From assembly GCA_020348985.1 (NCBI GenBank), contig CP070761.1, positions 2,864,121 to 2,890,905 on the forward strand: a stretch of 26,785 nt of DNA, written 5' to 3'. Position 1 is the stretch's first letter. Every line of letters starts with the position of its first letter. The translations under genes were made by a program, and so were the position numbers. This document shows, piece by piece, positions 1 through 8,880 of the stretch. The notes beneath the pieces were generated by a model. It was not told the DNA's origin. It saw only the letters and a program-made list of their open reading frames with translations, and searched no databases. The DNA comes from Candidatus Thorarchaeota archaeon (GTDB lineage Archaea > Asgardarchaeota > Thorarchaeia > Thorarchaeales > Thorarchaeaceae).

Positions 1-981
1 TATGAACGCTGCAGGGGGTTCTATGTCACCGGCAGCATCTGCCGAATACGCTACTGGAATGCCCATTTCCCTCAGTTCGCTAGGCATCATCAGTTTGCTA
101 ATGGTTGTCTCATGGTGGATCCGACGGCGTAGTAGTGACTCGGGTGGGTCGGCACCGAGGTAACCTGGTTCTTTCCAAAAGTCTTCAACATATGTTGGAT
201 CAGTCTTGATTATTTGATCGAATAGTGTGGTTAATACCCCTGTGTAACCGAAAGCAATCATCCTGTAATGGAACCAAGCTCTTGGCGGAAAACCCATCTT
301 AGTCACTTCGGTGAGCGCTGCTCGTTCCTCCTCATTTAGGTCAGCATACATGTCGCCGCTACCACCAGGCTCCACCGCATCCACAATAGCGGGCATCTTA
401 TCTTCCAACACGCGCATCGCATGAGCCTGTACGGAGAAGTTGTAGGGTATGCTGATTGGTGTAGCGTGAACAAATGGAACCACACCGTCCCAGACACCGT
501 CTGTGTTCTCTATACAGCTGATGGTCTTGTATGCTCCGCCACTTCCCCCCCAAGCATAGCCGTAGGGGCGATGTTCGCCGTACATTTCGAAGGCCAAGAC
601 ACGAGAATACTTTGCTACTGCCGCACTGGTCCGATACCCGACAATGGCGGGATCGTCGCCAGTGAACATGTCCATTCTCCCTAGATTTGATATCACAAGA
701 TAACCGCCGCTGTCGGCAGCAAAGCCTATCGAGTAGCTTGAGGACTGGGCCGTTGGTGTCTGTGCAGTATACTCATCCCCCGATATCGGTTGGATATACT
801 GGAAGAACCGTCCTTCGTATTGCTCCTTCGGTGGGAAGTAGAACGAGAATCGAGCATCAGTATTCTTGAAGCCGCCATGGACATATCGATGATGTACGGG
901 CTCATCCCTCCACTCGTCAATATCCACATACGGTTCAGTGAAGAGCGGATCTTCTGATTCGGGAGACTCAATTGAGTTCAC
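1..981 (-). CDS. Tannase/feruloyl-esterase-like alpha/beta hydrolase (often annotated 'Tat pathway signal/PKD domain protein'); 3' end runs off the window
   Basis: Not in the ORF track. Manual reverse-strand translation from GTG at 981 (preceded by GGTGAG) is open to base 1: MNSIESPESEDPLFTEPYVDIDEWRDEPVHHRYVHGGFKNTDARFSFYFPPKEQYEGRFFQY...YGYAWGGSGGAYKTISCIENTDGVWDGVVPF... It has a GxSxG nucleophile elbow (GGSGG). Confidence 0.8.
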   Translation of the reverse strand, partial: MNSIESPESEDPLFTEPYVDIDEWRDEPVHHRYVHGGFKNTDARFSFYFPPKEQYEGRFFQYIQPISGDEYTAQTPTAQSSSYSIGFAADSGGYLVISNLGRMDMFTGDDPAIVGYRTSAAVAKYSRVLAFEMYGEHRPYGYAWGGSGGAYKTISCIENTDGVWDGVVPFVHATPISIPYNFSVQAHAMRVLEDKMPAIVDAVEPGGSGDMYADLNEEERAALTEVTKMGFPPRAWFHYRMIAFGYTGVLTTLFDQIIKTDPTYVEDFWKEPGYLGADPPESLLRRRIHHETTISKLMMPSELREMGIPVAYSADAAGDIEPPAAFI

Positions 982-1086
982 GATAACTCACCACTATCTT
1001 TCGACAGGAATAATGTCAGAGCTCACCCTTTAACCACATGCCATTGTGTTGGCATATAGAAAAAGGTTGTTGAAGAAAAGAATACA

Positions 1087-3003
1087 CTATCGGCGTTTCG
1101 CATACACTACCAGAGCGACTAATACCACAGTAGCAATCCCACTTACAACTAGTAATGCCAATGAGGTGTCCAGCGGTATTGGATTTGCTGTAGTATCAGT
1201 TGCTGTGGTTGTTACATCCAAAGTCAAGTTCTCCAGATTGAATATGTAGAATCGGTAATGAAGTCTGTTCTCATCCTCCAGAGTGAACGGATTGTCTGTC
1301 AACCACTGTTCAGCTATCTGACCCTCGATTGCGTACCCACTCCTATTCTGGAAGATCCTGTTGCGGGGCCAAGTTGACCAAGCATCCTCTGGTACCAGTT
1401 CAGGATCGTAGAAGGAGGTGTTTGATTCAACCATAGAGCTTCTGAATGCATTGGTCAGAGCAGTATTGTAGGAATCATCAGTCACATGGACACTGATATT
1501 CAGGTTATAATGAGGTTCGGGCAAGGTTGTGTTGACAAAGAGGACCAGATTACGATTAGCTTCAGTCATTAGTGTGAGTTCACTGGCTAGAACAGCTGCA
1601 TTGGGTATACCTGGTCCAATGATCCAGTCCACCTGCAAATCTAAAGGAGGGGAGCTTGCAGTCCAGTTATCAGACTTCCTAGGTATTGTTGCTTCGCTTG
1701 ATAATTGCTCACATAAAGAATCAGCATTGTAGAGCACGGACCTCAGTGTATCCATATACCCAGAGATGAGTAGCTCTGGGACTTCTAAGAGGGTGGTCTC
1801 AAGGTGTGATAGACTGTCCAGTTGGGTCTGATTCAAGGAGAGACTCTCAAAGTAGGCAATCTCATCCAAGTAACGACCCCAGAGTTGCAGGACCTGTCCA
1901 TTTCGTATCAGGTCCTCATCCAACTTGTCAAAGACCAGAGCAGTACCGTAATAGCTCATGAGCGAGGGTGTTGTGGCTGCCGAGGCCCATCCGAAAACTG
2001 TTGCAAGGTCAGTCTGACCAATGCAATGACAAATCTCATGGATGACTGTAGGTGTCATTGATGCACGTGGGGTGTCAGGATCACCGGCATAGAAATACGA
2101 AGTCGGACCGCGACCATTTAGGCTCCAGGAGTCAATCTCAGGATAATCTGAATGAAGGCGGCCAAGGCCGCCAACCGCCATTCCATATTGGACAGCGTAG
2201 AGAGTGTATTCTTGTACCAAGACCAGAGAGGGTAGGACCAGGTCATAATCACCATATCTGGGATCACTGGATATTACGTTGTGAATAATCTCATCACAGC
2301 GCGTGAGATAGTCCTCATCGACCATAATGCGATTATTAGATGTCTTCTCAGCCATCAAGTCAGCGAACTCTGTGGCGTTGTCGTAGTCAAACCAGTAGAG
2401 CTCGGTCTCCCATTCAACTAGAGGAAAGGCTTCATTCAAAGTCTCGTTTATGACATCTGGATGAATGACCCATTCGCTCATGTTTGCATTGTCATAGGTT
2501 TCGTCAAGACCATACATAACAATCAAAGGGAGGAATCCTTGGTAAGGGGGTTGAAATCCCTTGACATAGTCAAGTGCGGCAAAACCTCTGAGTGTATCCG
2601 TCTCGGTATGAGGTTTCGAGAACCGGGCGGTCATAGTTTCAAAAAGGTGGGCGAGCTGGTCAAGAGCTGCATCTTCTAGGAACTCCTTGTCGTGTTCAGA
2701 GACAGGCCACTCATAGACTTCGTCAACCCAGGTATTCACCCACTCCAAAGCTCCAAAATCTAGAAACTGATTTCTGCTCTCCTGAATGTAACCACGAAGT
2801 GGGAGTGAATGGGGGACATCGGTGTGTGCCCAGAATGGTTCCCAGATATCATCTGGCGTAATTGTGAATGATTCATAGGTGTACCAGTGTGATGGAGGAT
2901 CCTCCTCTACTGCGATTGAGACATTGGCTTGGGAGGACAGAGGAATGTTCAAGATACAAGTGAGCAAAAGGAACGCCTTCGCTCGGGTCCACGGTGATGA
3001 CAT
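1087..3003 (-). CDS. Secreted, C-terminally membrane-anchored zinc metalloprotease-like protein (metzincin-type motif)
   Basis: 638 aa. N-terminal signal peptide, HEICHCIGQTD (HExxHxxGxxD), downstream Met-turn-like SLMSY, Thr-rich linker, C-terminal TM helix ending KRR. Confidence 0.7.
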   Translation of the reverse strand: MSSPWTRAKAFLLLTCILNIPLSSQANVSIAVEEDPPSHWYTYESFTITPDDIWEPFWAHTDVPHSLPLRGYIQESRNQFLDFGALEWVNTWVDEVYEWPVSEHDKEFLEDAALDQLAHLFETMTARFSKPHTETDTLRGFAALDYVKGFQPPYQGFLPLIVMYGLDETYDNANMSEWVIHPDVINETLNEAFPLVEWETELYWFDYDNATEFADLMAEKTSNNRIMVDEDYLTRCDEIIHNVISSDPRYGDYDLVLPSLVLVQEYTLYAVQYGMAVGGLGRLHSDYPEIDSWSLNGRGPTSYFYAGDPDTPRASMTPTVIHEICHCIGQTDLATVFGWASAATTPSLMSYYGTALVFDKLDEDLIRNGQVLQLWGRYLDEIAYFESLSLNQTQLDSLSHLETTLLEVPELLISGYMDTLRSVLYNADSLCEQLSSEATIPRKSDNWTASSPPLDLQVDWIIGPGIPNAAVLASELTLMTEANRNLVLFVNTTLPEPHYNLNISVHVTDDSYNTALTNAFRSSMVESNTSFYDPELVPEDAWSTWPRNRIFQNRSGYAIEGQIAEQWLTDNPFTLEDENRLHYRFYIFNLENLTLDVTTTATDTTANPIPLDTSLALLVVSGIATVVLVALVVYAKRR

Positions 3004-3166
3004 TGTACTTCAGCCCACACAATGATTAGGGGTCCATTGCAAGTTGATTCTACCTAATCTGGAGATATAAAGCTCAACAGTCGACAATCGTATAATCACT
3101 TCGATTCCTGGTCTGTAGGAGACTCCTAGCTCTGCAAGCTCGCATAGCATCGATTACCCTCTCAGC

Positions 3167-3532
3167 CTAGATCCAACTCAATGCATACCAAACAGTAAGC
3201 ACATTGAACAATAGTCCCACAACTATCAGAAATCTGTCATAGTATCCGGGATATGAACGCACCCCTGCGAGATTGAAGAGGAAAAGAAATGCTGCAGAGA
3301 TGATGTTTAGCCAGCCATTCACAGGATACGGCAGAATTAGGGTAATAGGAATCATAGCAATCGGAATCAGCATCAATACTGCGGCTCCCATCCACATTGC
3401 CTGAGTTGCTTCCTCACCGTCCATTTCTCCTGCTACAAAGTCGCCGGCGAATATCCGCATCACATCCCCCAAGAGATAGGTCAGCATTAGAGAAACCCAT
3501 AGTCCCGAGAGTATTATCTGTACGTCCTCCAT
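3167..3532 (-). CDS. DUF6326-like 4-TM membrane protein
   Basis: MEDVQIILSGLWVSLMLTYLLGDVMRIF...LIPIAMI...NGWLNII...VWYALSW matches the pattern I recall for DUF6326. ATG at 3532 is preferred because AAGGTGG lies upstream. Confidence 0.75.
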   Translation of the reverse strand: MEDVQIILSGLWVSLMLTYLLGDVMRIFAGDFVAGEMDGEEATQAMWMGAAVLMLIPIAMIPITLILPYPVNGWLNIISAAFLFLFNLAGVRSYPGYYDRFLIVVGLLFNVLTVWYALSWI

Positions 3533-3616
3533 GATCAACCACCTTGTAGTGGACACTGCAAAGCGGAATATAATCTCTGCTGAGTGCTCCTAGAGATGGA
3601 ATAACGGATGGAGTTT

Positions 3617-4717
3617 CTAGTCGACCCGACATTCCTTCAAGATGGTGTTCACCAATACATCCTCATAATGCTGCTTTTCATCCAGCATTGGATAGTGCCC
3701 TGAATCTTCAAAGATAATAAGCCTCTTCCCCTTCTCAGCGTTTAGACCGTTATAGAAATCCTGAACAACAACCATTGGAGTTATCATATCATATTTGCCT
3801 TCCATGAAGTATATGGGAACTTCTATCGAATCTATCTCTCTAGTGAAATTGATCTTTGTTATTTCATTCCATAATGCGTATGTGGTGAAATTCCGTCCTC
3901 TCCCTAGTATTGTTCTAATTCCTTCCAATAATGAGTATTCGGGAGAAGTCAAATAGGGCAGAATTAGACCAATCATTTTCCTAAAGGAAGGATCTAGCAT
4001 CATTCCTCCATATCGAACAATATAGTTGGCTTTATCCCATAGTTTCTTGGGGGTATCGTAAGGTGGAGGTCCAATCGCTTTAATCGCAAGTTGATGTCTT
4101 ACATTGCCTAATCTTTCAGCTTCTTCAATTGCAAAATCATAGGATATTCTCTCGTGTTCATGGTCGTTGATGATTTGCGCTACTCCGACATAGGCATGGA
4201 TTTTTCCCGGATATCTATGCGCTGTTCTGATTCCGATTAATGTTCCTGATGAATGCGCGACAATGAAAACCTTAGGTATGTCAAATCTAATTCGCAAATG
4301 ATCAATTAACTCATTACAATCTTCAACTAGTCTGTCCAGGGTCATTGAATCAACTGGGATATTAGAATGAAATGACTTCCCTCCTCCTCGTTGATCCCAA
4401 TGCACTACTGTGAAGTGCTTTATTAGCTCAGCATCTAATCTTCGGGAACTTGACATACCCACTGATGGTTCGCCAGGGCCACCGTGCAGGAATATCAATA
4501 CAGGGTTGTTTTGGTCCATACCTCTAATGAATATCCATTGCCTCAATCCTCCTAGTGTAACCTCCTCCAGTGAGCTTATTCCATTCTGTGTCTTTATTCT
4601 TGTTGAGTATCTCAAGTATTGCTTATACAGGAACAAGCCAACAAGGAGAAGTAAAAGGACTCCTGGTACACCGATGACTAACAATAGAACGATGTTCATT
4701 GCATTTCTCCACTTCAC
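3617..4717 (-). CDS. Membrane-anchored alpha/beta hydrolase (proline iminopeptidase-like)
   Basis: N-terminal TM, then FLHGGPG, WDQRGGGKS, AHSSG (catalytic Ser), GKYD and SGH. The true start may be the ATG at 4699. Confidence 0.85.
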   Translation of the reverse strand: MKWRNAMNIVLLLVIGVPGVLLLLLVGLFLYKQYLRYSTRIKTQNGISSLEEVTLGGLRQWIFIRGMDQNNPVLIFLHGGPGEPSVGMSSSRRLDAELIKHFTVVHWDQRGGGKSFHSNIPVDSMTLDRLVEDCNELIDHLRIRFDIPKVFIVAHSSGTLIGIRTAHRYPGKIHAYVGVAQIINDHEHERISYDFAIEEAERLGNVRHQLAIKAIGPPPYDTPKKLWDKANYIVRYGGMMLDPSFRKMIGLILPYLTSPEYSLLEGIRTILGRGRNFTTYALWNEITKINFTREIDSIEVPIYFMEGKYDMITPMVVVQDFYNGLNAEKGKRLIIFEDSGHYPMLDEKQHYEDVLVNTILKECRVD

Positions 4718-4766
4718 TCAGCAATTATGACTACATTCGCAGTATCTGACAAACTTCTACCTACGC

Positions 4767-4776
4767 CTATATATAG
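4767..4776. promoter_or_regulatory. Palindromic TATA-like box in a short divergent intergenic region
   Basis: CTATATATAG is self-complementary and lies between the divergent starts at 4717 (-) and 4812 (+). Confidence 0.45.
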
Positions 4777-4811
4777 CCTCCATTAGAAAAGGATGAGTAG
4801 GTGAGCTTACT

Positions 4812-5195
4812 GTGGAAGATATCAAGAAGAAGCTCTCATTACTATGGGTAGCTCGTATGTTGACAAGCATTCAGGGTGATGTTTTACGGTTTTTTGAGCC
4901 TGGAATTCTGGAGGATATCATTGCAGGAACTCTAGATATTCCACTGACTGAGGAAATGTTGGCTGTCATGGCCATAATGATGCTGGTTCCAATCTTCATG
5001 GTTTTCCTCTCTTTGGAGTTGCCGTACAAAGCGAATCGCTGGGCAAACATCATCGTAGCCATAGTTTTCATCGCTATTGATGGCATCGGATTCATCATAC
5101 CAAGACCCTTGTATGAAAACATAATGGGAATTGGGTATGTTGTATTCTGTGCACTGATTGTTTGGTATGCATGGAAGTGGACTAAACCAGAATAG
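4812..5195 (+). CDS. DUF6326-like 4-TM membrane protein (paralog of 3167..3532)
   Basis: MEDIKKKLSLLWVARML...GDVLRFF...LVPIFMVFLSL...NRWANII...IVWYAWKW. GTG start with AGGTGAG upstream. Confidence 0.8.
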   Translation: MEDIKKKLSLLWVARMLTSIQGDVLRFFEPGILEDIIAGTLDIPLTEEMLAVMAIMMLVPIFMVFLSLELPYKANRWANIIVAIVFIAIDGIGFIIPRPLYENIMGIGYVVFCALIVWYAWKWTKPE

Positions 5196-5196
5196 T

Positions 5197-6213
5197 CTAC
5201 TCAACGGTTACGACGACATTCCCAATCTTCTGTCCTGATTCAACATATCTATGAGCGTCAACCATTTCCTCCAAAGGATAGCTTCTATCAATGACTGATT
5301 TGATAGTTCCTGCCTCAAAGAGCTCTGCGAGATATTCTAGATCTTCAATGTTATCACTAGCTGACCCACCTATGTAGGTTCTATTGCTTCTCCATGCCAT
5401 CAATCGCCCTCGTAGACTTCGTGACACAGTGGGGTAGCCACAGAGATAGATTCCATTCTCTGTGAGTGATTTCGTAACGGACAACCACGCCGCCTTGCCA
5501 ACAACGTCAAAAATGACATCGTAGGTCTCACCCCTATCCGAGAAGTCCTCCTTCGTGTAGTCTATTACATGATCAGCACCAATGGAGCGTAGCATATCCA
5601 ACTTCTGCGCACTGTCAACGGCTGTCACTTCGGCTCCCCAGTGTTTGACAAGCTGGACACTGATGGTTCCTATGCTTCCGCCTGCGCCATTGATTAGTAC
5701 CTTCTGTCCGCCCTGGATGTTTCCTTTTCTAAGGAAGTGTATTGCTGTGATTCCGCCGGTAGGAATAACTGCAACTTCATCGAATGTCAAGTTAGACGGT
5801 TTTAGAACAATGGCTCCGTCCCCTAATTCGGGAACACAATTGTACTCGGCATACGCACCCAATCCAAAGCCTGTAGATCCGAATACTTGATCCCCTGGTT
5901 TGAACCTTGTTACATCCTCACCAACTGCTTCAATCTCCCCTGCCAGCTCCTGCCCGAGTATTTGCTGCCTTGGCCCCCTGATACCAAAGCCAAGTCGCGC
6001 AAGGAGCCATAGCCAGGAAGGAAAATCGAATCTTCTAACTTCGCAGTCTCCCGCCGTGACTGTTGCTCGAATTATTCTGATAAGCACTTCATTGTTTTTT
6101 GGAGCAGGTTTGTCTACCTCTTTTAGTTGAAGAACTTCAGGCCGGCCGTATTTGGGACAAACAATCGCTTTCATGAGTTTCGGAGCTCTTTTGGTAGAGA
6201 ATCGTTTCGTCAT
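5197..6213 (-). CDS. NAD(P)-dependent MDR-family oxidoreductase (zinc-independent, quinone-reductase-like)
   Basis: MKAIV..YG.PEVL, GQELAGEIEAVG, GAYAEY, VLINGAGGSIG, GADHVIDY, IDRSYPLEE, GNVVV. No catalytic-zinc Cys/His set is visible. Confidence 0.9.
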   Translation of the reverse strand: MTKRFSTKRAPKLMKAIVCPKYGRPEVLQLKEVDKPAPKNNEVLIRIIRATVTAGDCEVRRFDFPSWLWLLARLGFGIRGPRQQILGQELAGEIEAVGEDVTRFKPGDQVFGSTGFGLGAYAEYNCVPELGDGAIVLKPSNLTFDEVAVIPTGGITAIHFLRKGNIQGGQKVLINGAGGSIGTISVQLVKHWGAEVTAVDSAQKLDMLRSIGADHVIDYTKEDFSDRGETYDVIFDVVGKAAWLSVTKSLTENGIYLCGYPTVSRSLRGRLMAWRSNRTYIGGSASDNIEDLEYLAELFEAGTIKSVIDRSYPLEEMVDAHRYVESGQKIGNVVVTVE

Positions 6214-6310
6214 CTTAAATCTGGTCGTGGGCAGGTGCTTGGACCAGAAATTAAGGAGACTTCAGGAAAAAGGAGGGAAGGAGACCAAGTCATGGTCTCC
6301 CAACTTGAAG

Positions 6311-6676
6311 CTATTGCTCTTCCATGAGGAGTCCTGGCAGAAGAATTAGCAGTCCCGGAAGGCTCCAGCCCGTCAGCAGCATGATGATGCCGATGATAGT
6401 AAACCCGGTTCTGTGGGCCATCGGTTCCTTTCGCCACATGTAAATGACAAGAAGGAAGATGATTTCGGCACCAGCGATAGCGAATATAACGACTGGGATG
6501 AATAGTGTATTAGCTTCGAGGAACGCTACGGCTGTCGGATCGGTAATGAAAGACCCTACGTCGAAGAACGTCAACGCCAAATAAAATGCAACTCCTGCGA
6601 CTATCGTCACTATGATAAATAGGACGATGAAGACCATAGCAAACCACAGTATTCTCTGTGCTGTATCACTTCTCAT
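6311..6676 (-). CDS. Hypothetical membrane protein (3-4 TM)
   Basis: 121 aa with hydrophobic helices, ATG start with a purine-rich upstream sequence. Confidence 0.65.
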   Translation of the reverse strand: MRSDTAQRILWFAMVFIVLFIIVTIVAGVAFYLALTFFDVGSFITDPTAVAFLEANTLFIPVVIFAIAGAEIIFLLVIYMWRKEPMAHRTGFTIIGIIMLLTGWSLPGLLILLPGLLMEEQ

Positions 6677-6868
6677 TCTCTAAACTCTCCCAAGAATAGG
6701 GTTCCAAATAGTCTTCCTCGCTAGTGATAAATCCTTCATTTCAATTGTGAAGCAGAATGCAGAATTCCATGACTCTTTTTCGCTCAGGAGCGGGAATCAA
6801 GTTAGGTTTCGAACTATCCAGGCTAGTGGCCAACCAATCAGTGCCAAATCAAGGCACTCAATGTGCCA

Positions 6869-7669
6869 TCAAAGTGCTTCAGACGGGCTATGGCCACATC
6901 TGCTGATGTGCAATTCGAATTCGTTTCTTATTCCGAATCTCTCTGCATATTTCAGGATAAAGCTACGTCTCCTCCCGTGAGTTGCACCCACGATCATTAT
7001 TGCCGGAATCACCCAAAACGTGACGATAATAGGCAAGATGAACAGAAACAAGATCGCGGACCAGTGTACTTGACTTCCGTATGTGTCAAGGAAGTCGAAA
7101 GTAAACTCGTATAAAGCAAGAATGACTCCGATTCCTGCATAGCCCTTCAGAAGTGCCAAGTACCACTTGCCAATGGCCTGAATGTCAGTCGACCCATATT
7201 TGCTCATCATAACAATCCCAGATTCATCGATGATCCAAGCAGCGGAGAACAACGCAAAAGCAGGGGCTTGCAGGAACGCACCCAAAATGAAGAACAGAAA
7301 GATGATGCTATTCCAGGCAAGATAGTAGTCTTGAAGCAGTGCAATGTTCATTATTGTTGGATTGAATATCAGACTCAATGCGAAATTCGTCGCCATTATG
7401 GCCGGAAAGAACCCCATGAACATGCCATGAGATTTCTCCATTTCGTGTTGCTCTTGGATTGCGAACAGGTGGTTTCTCCCCATGTACTTCTTGTAGACCC
7501 AAAGGAAGATGGGAGCAAGAACGAACCCGATCAAGGTTCCAATAATGGCAGACACTGGAAACAGCAGAATTACCCACCCCGCGTTGCTGGTGACGGCAAA
7601 CAACACCGTCATGGGTATAATCGCAATTATGGATACAAGAAGCGGTCTAGTATACTTCATCTCAGTCAC
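6869..7669 (-). CDS. Hypothetical polytopic membrane protein
   Basis: 266 aa, about 6 hydrophobic segments. GTG start preceded by AGGTG. Confidence 0.7.
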   Translation of the reverse strand: MTEMKYTRPLLVSIIAIIPMTVLFAVTSNAGWVILLFPVSAIIGTLIGFVLAPIFLWVYKKYMGRNHLFAIQEQHEMEKSHGMFMGFFPAIMATNFALSLIFNPTIMNIALLQDYYLAWNSIIFLFFILGAFLQAPAFALFSAAWIIDESGIVMMSKYGSTDIQAIGKWYLALLKGYAGIGVILALYEFTFDFLDTYGSQVHWSAILFLFILPIIVTFWVIPAIMIVGATHGRRRSFILKYAERFGIRNEFELHISRCGHSPSEAL

Positions 7670-7796
7670 CTACGACAACGACCAATCTTGCTTTTGGCCA
7701 GGCATGTAACTGGGTCTTATATTTGTGATGAGAGAATAAGGTATCATACTATTGACAGTCTGATACAACAAGGCGAGAATTCTTCGCTGGCGAGTG

Positions 7797-8774
7797 CTAC
7801 TGATTTGCCATGGTTATGACTACTTTTCCTAAGGCGAGTCCTTTCTCAAGGTAGCTGAGAGCTTCGGGAACCTCACTTAGCGGGACGCGTTTGTCTATGA
7901 CAGGCACTACATCGCCTGAATCAAAAAGCTGCGCTAGGAATTCATAGTCCTCTCTCTTGTGCTGTTTCCATATGTTGATTCCCAGTTTCTTCTTGCCCAT
8001 TCTCGAAATCAATGGACCCAGGACGAAGGCTTGAAAGATTGCATACCTCGAACCACCAATCAGCTGGTAAATCCCATTGGGACTCATGACACGTCTATAG
8101 TCTAGGATGGATCGACGCGCAACCATATCAAGGATAATATCATAGCGCGCTTCACTCCGGGTGCAATCCTCTTTTCTGTAGTCGATTACATGATCTGCAC
8201 CTAGGGAGCGCACCATATCCAACTTCATTTCACTGTCAACGCCTGTCACTTCAGCGCCGTAGTACTTTGCAATCTGTACAGCGAAGGTGCCCATGCCTCC
8301 GCCCGCACCATTGATCAAAACTCTGTCCCCTGGTTGAACCTGTCTCTTCTCGCGAAGACCCTGTAGGGCGACGAGTCCCGAGTGAGGAAGGGTCGCTGCC
8401 TGCTCGAATGTCATACTTGCCGATTTGGCCGCAAGTACCTTTTCAGGAGCACACACGTACTCTGCAAAAGCACAATATCCCCCCGGGAAGAGGAGGTCCG
8501 CCAGAACTTCATCACCGGGCTGGAATTCCTTGATGTTCCTTCCAACCTCTTCAACCACACCTGCTATGTCGGTGCCAAGAATCTTCTGTTTGGTTCTTCG
8601 TGGACCTCCGATTCTGGTTGCCCAAGATCCTCTCATCGCTTCAAAGTCAGCTGCATTTAGTGACGACGCATAGACCTTGACAAGCACCTCACCATCTGTG
8701 GGAGAAGGTCTTTCCACATCCTTGTATTGAAGAACTTCAGGACCGCCGTACTTCGGAATCACAATCGCCTTCAT
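7797..8774 (-). CDS. NAD(P)-dependent MDR-family oxidoreductase, second paralog
   Basis: MKAIVIPKYGGPEVL, GTDIAGVVEEVG, AFAEY, VLINGAGGGMG, GADHVIDY, GKVVI. Start placed at MKAIV (8774); the ORF track extends it to 8804. Confidence 0.9.
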   Translation of the reverse strand: MKAIVIPKYGGPEVLQYKDVERPSPTDGEVLVKVYASSLNAADFEAMRGSWATRIGGPRRTKQKILGTDIAGVVEEVGRNIKEFQPGDEVLADLLFPGGYCAFAEYVCAPEKVLAAKSASMTFEQAATLPHSGLVALQGLREKRQVQPGDRVLINGAGGGMGTFAVQIAKYYGAEVTGVDSEMKLDMVRSLGADHVIDYRKEDCTRSEARYDIILDMVARRSILDYRRVMSPNGIYQLIGGSRYAIFQAFVLGPLISRMGKKKLGINIWKQHKREDYEFLAQLFDSGDVVPVIDKRVPLSEVPEALSYLEKGLALGKVVITMANQ

Positions 8775-8880
8775 CTTGATGCCGACTTGCTCCCGATTCC
8801 ACAAGTAATAAGTGAACCGTCATACATTCCCTTCTAACCACGGCCAACTTTAGTGAGTGTGATCGCAGCACAATGATAGG

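Noticed and set aside
421-971. Short ORFs 421..684, 687..869 and 726..971 from the track
   Set aside because: They are shadows of the long minus-strand hydrolase frame 1..981.
1038-1055. ATGCCA-ttgtgt-TGGCAT inverted repeat; also TAGGAG-A-CTCCTA (3116-3128), AGTGCC...GGCACT (6840-6858) and GATGA-T-TCATC (12606-12616)
   Set aside because: The 5-6 bp arms are close to chance expectation and share no consensus, so they could not be supported as features.
7268-7819. 183-aa polar + strand ORF, and similar antisense ORFs (8737..9177, 10537..10971, 21152..21553, 25056..25418)
   Set aside because: They lie antisense to well-supported genes and have no recognisable motifs.
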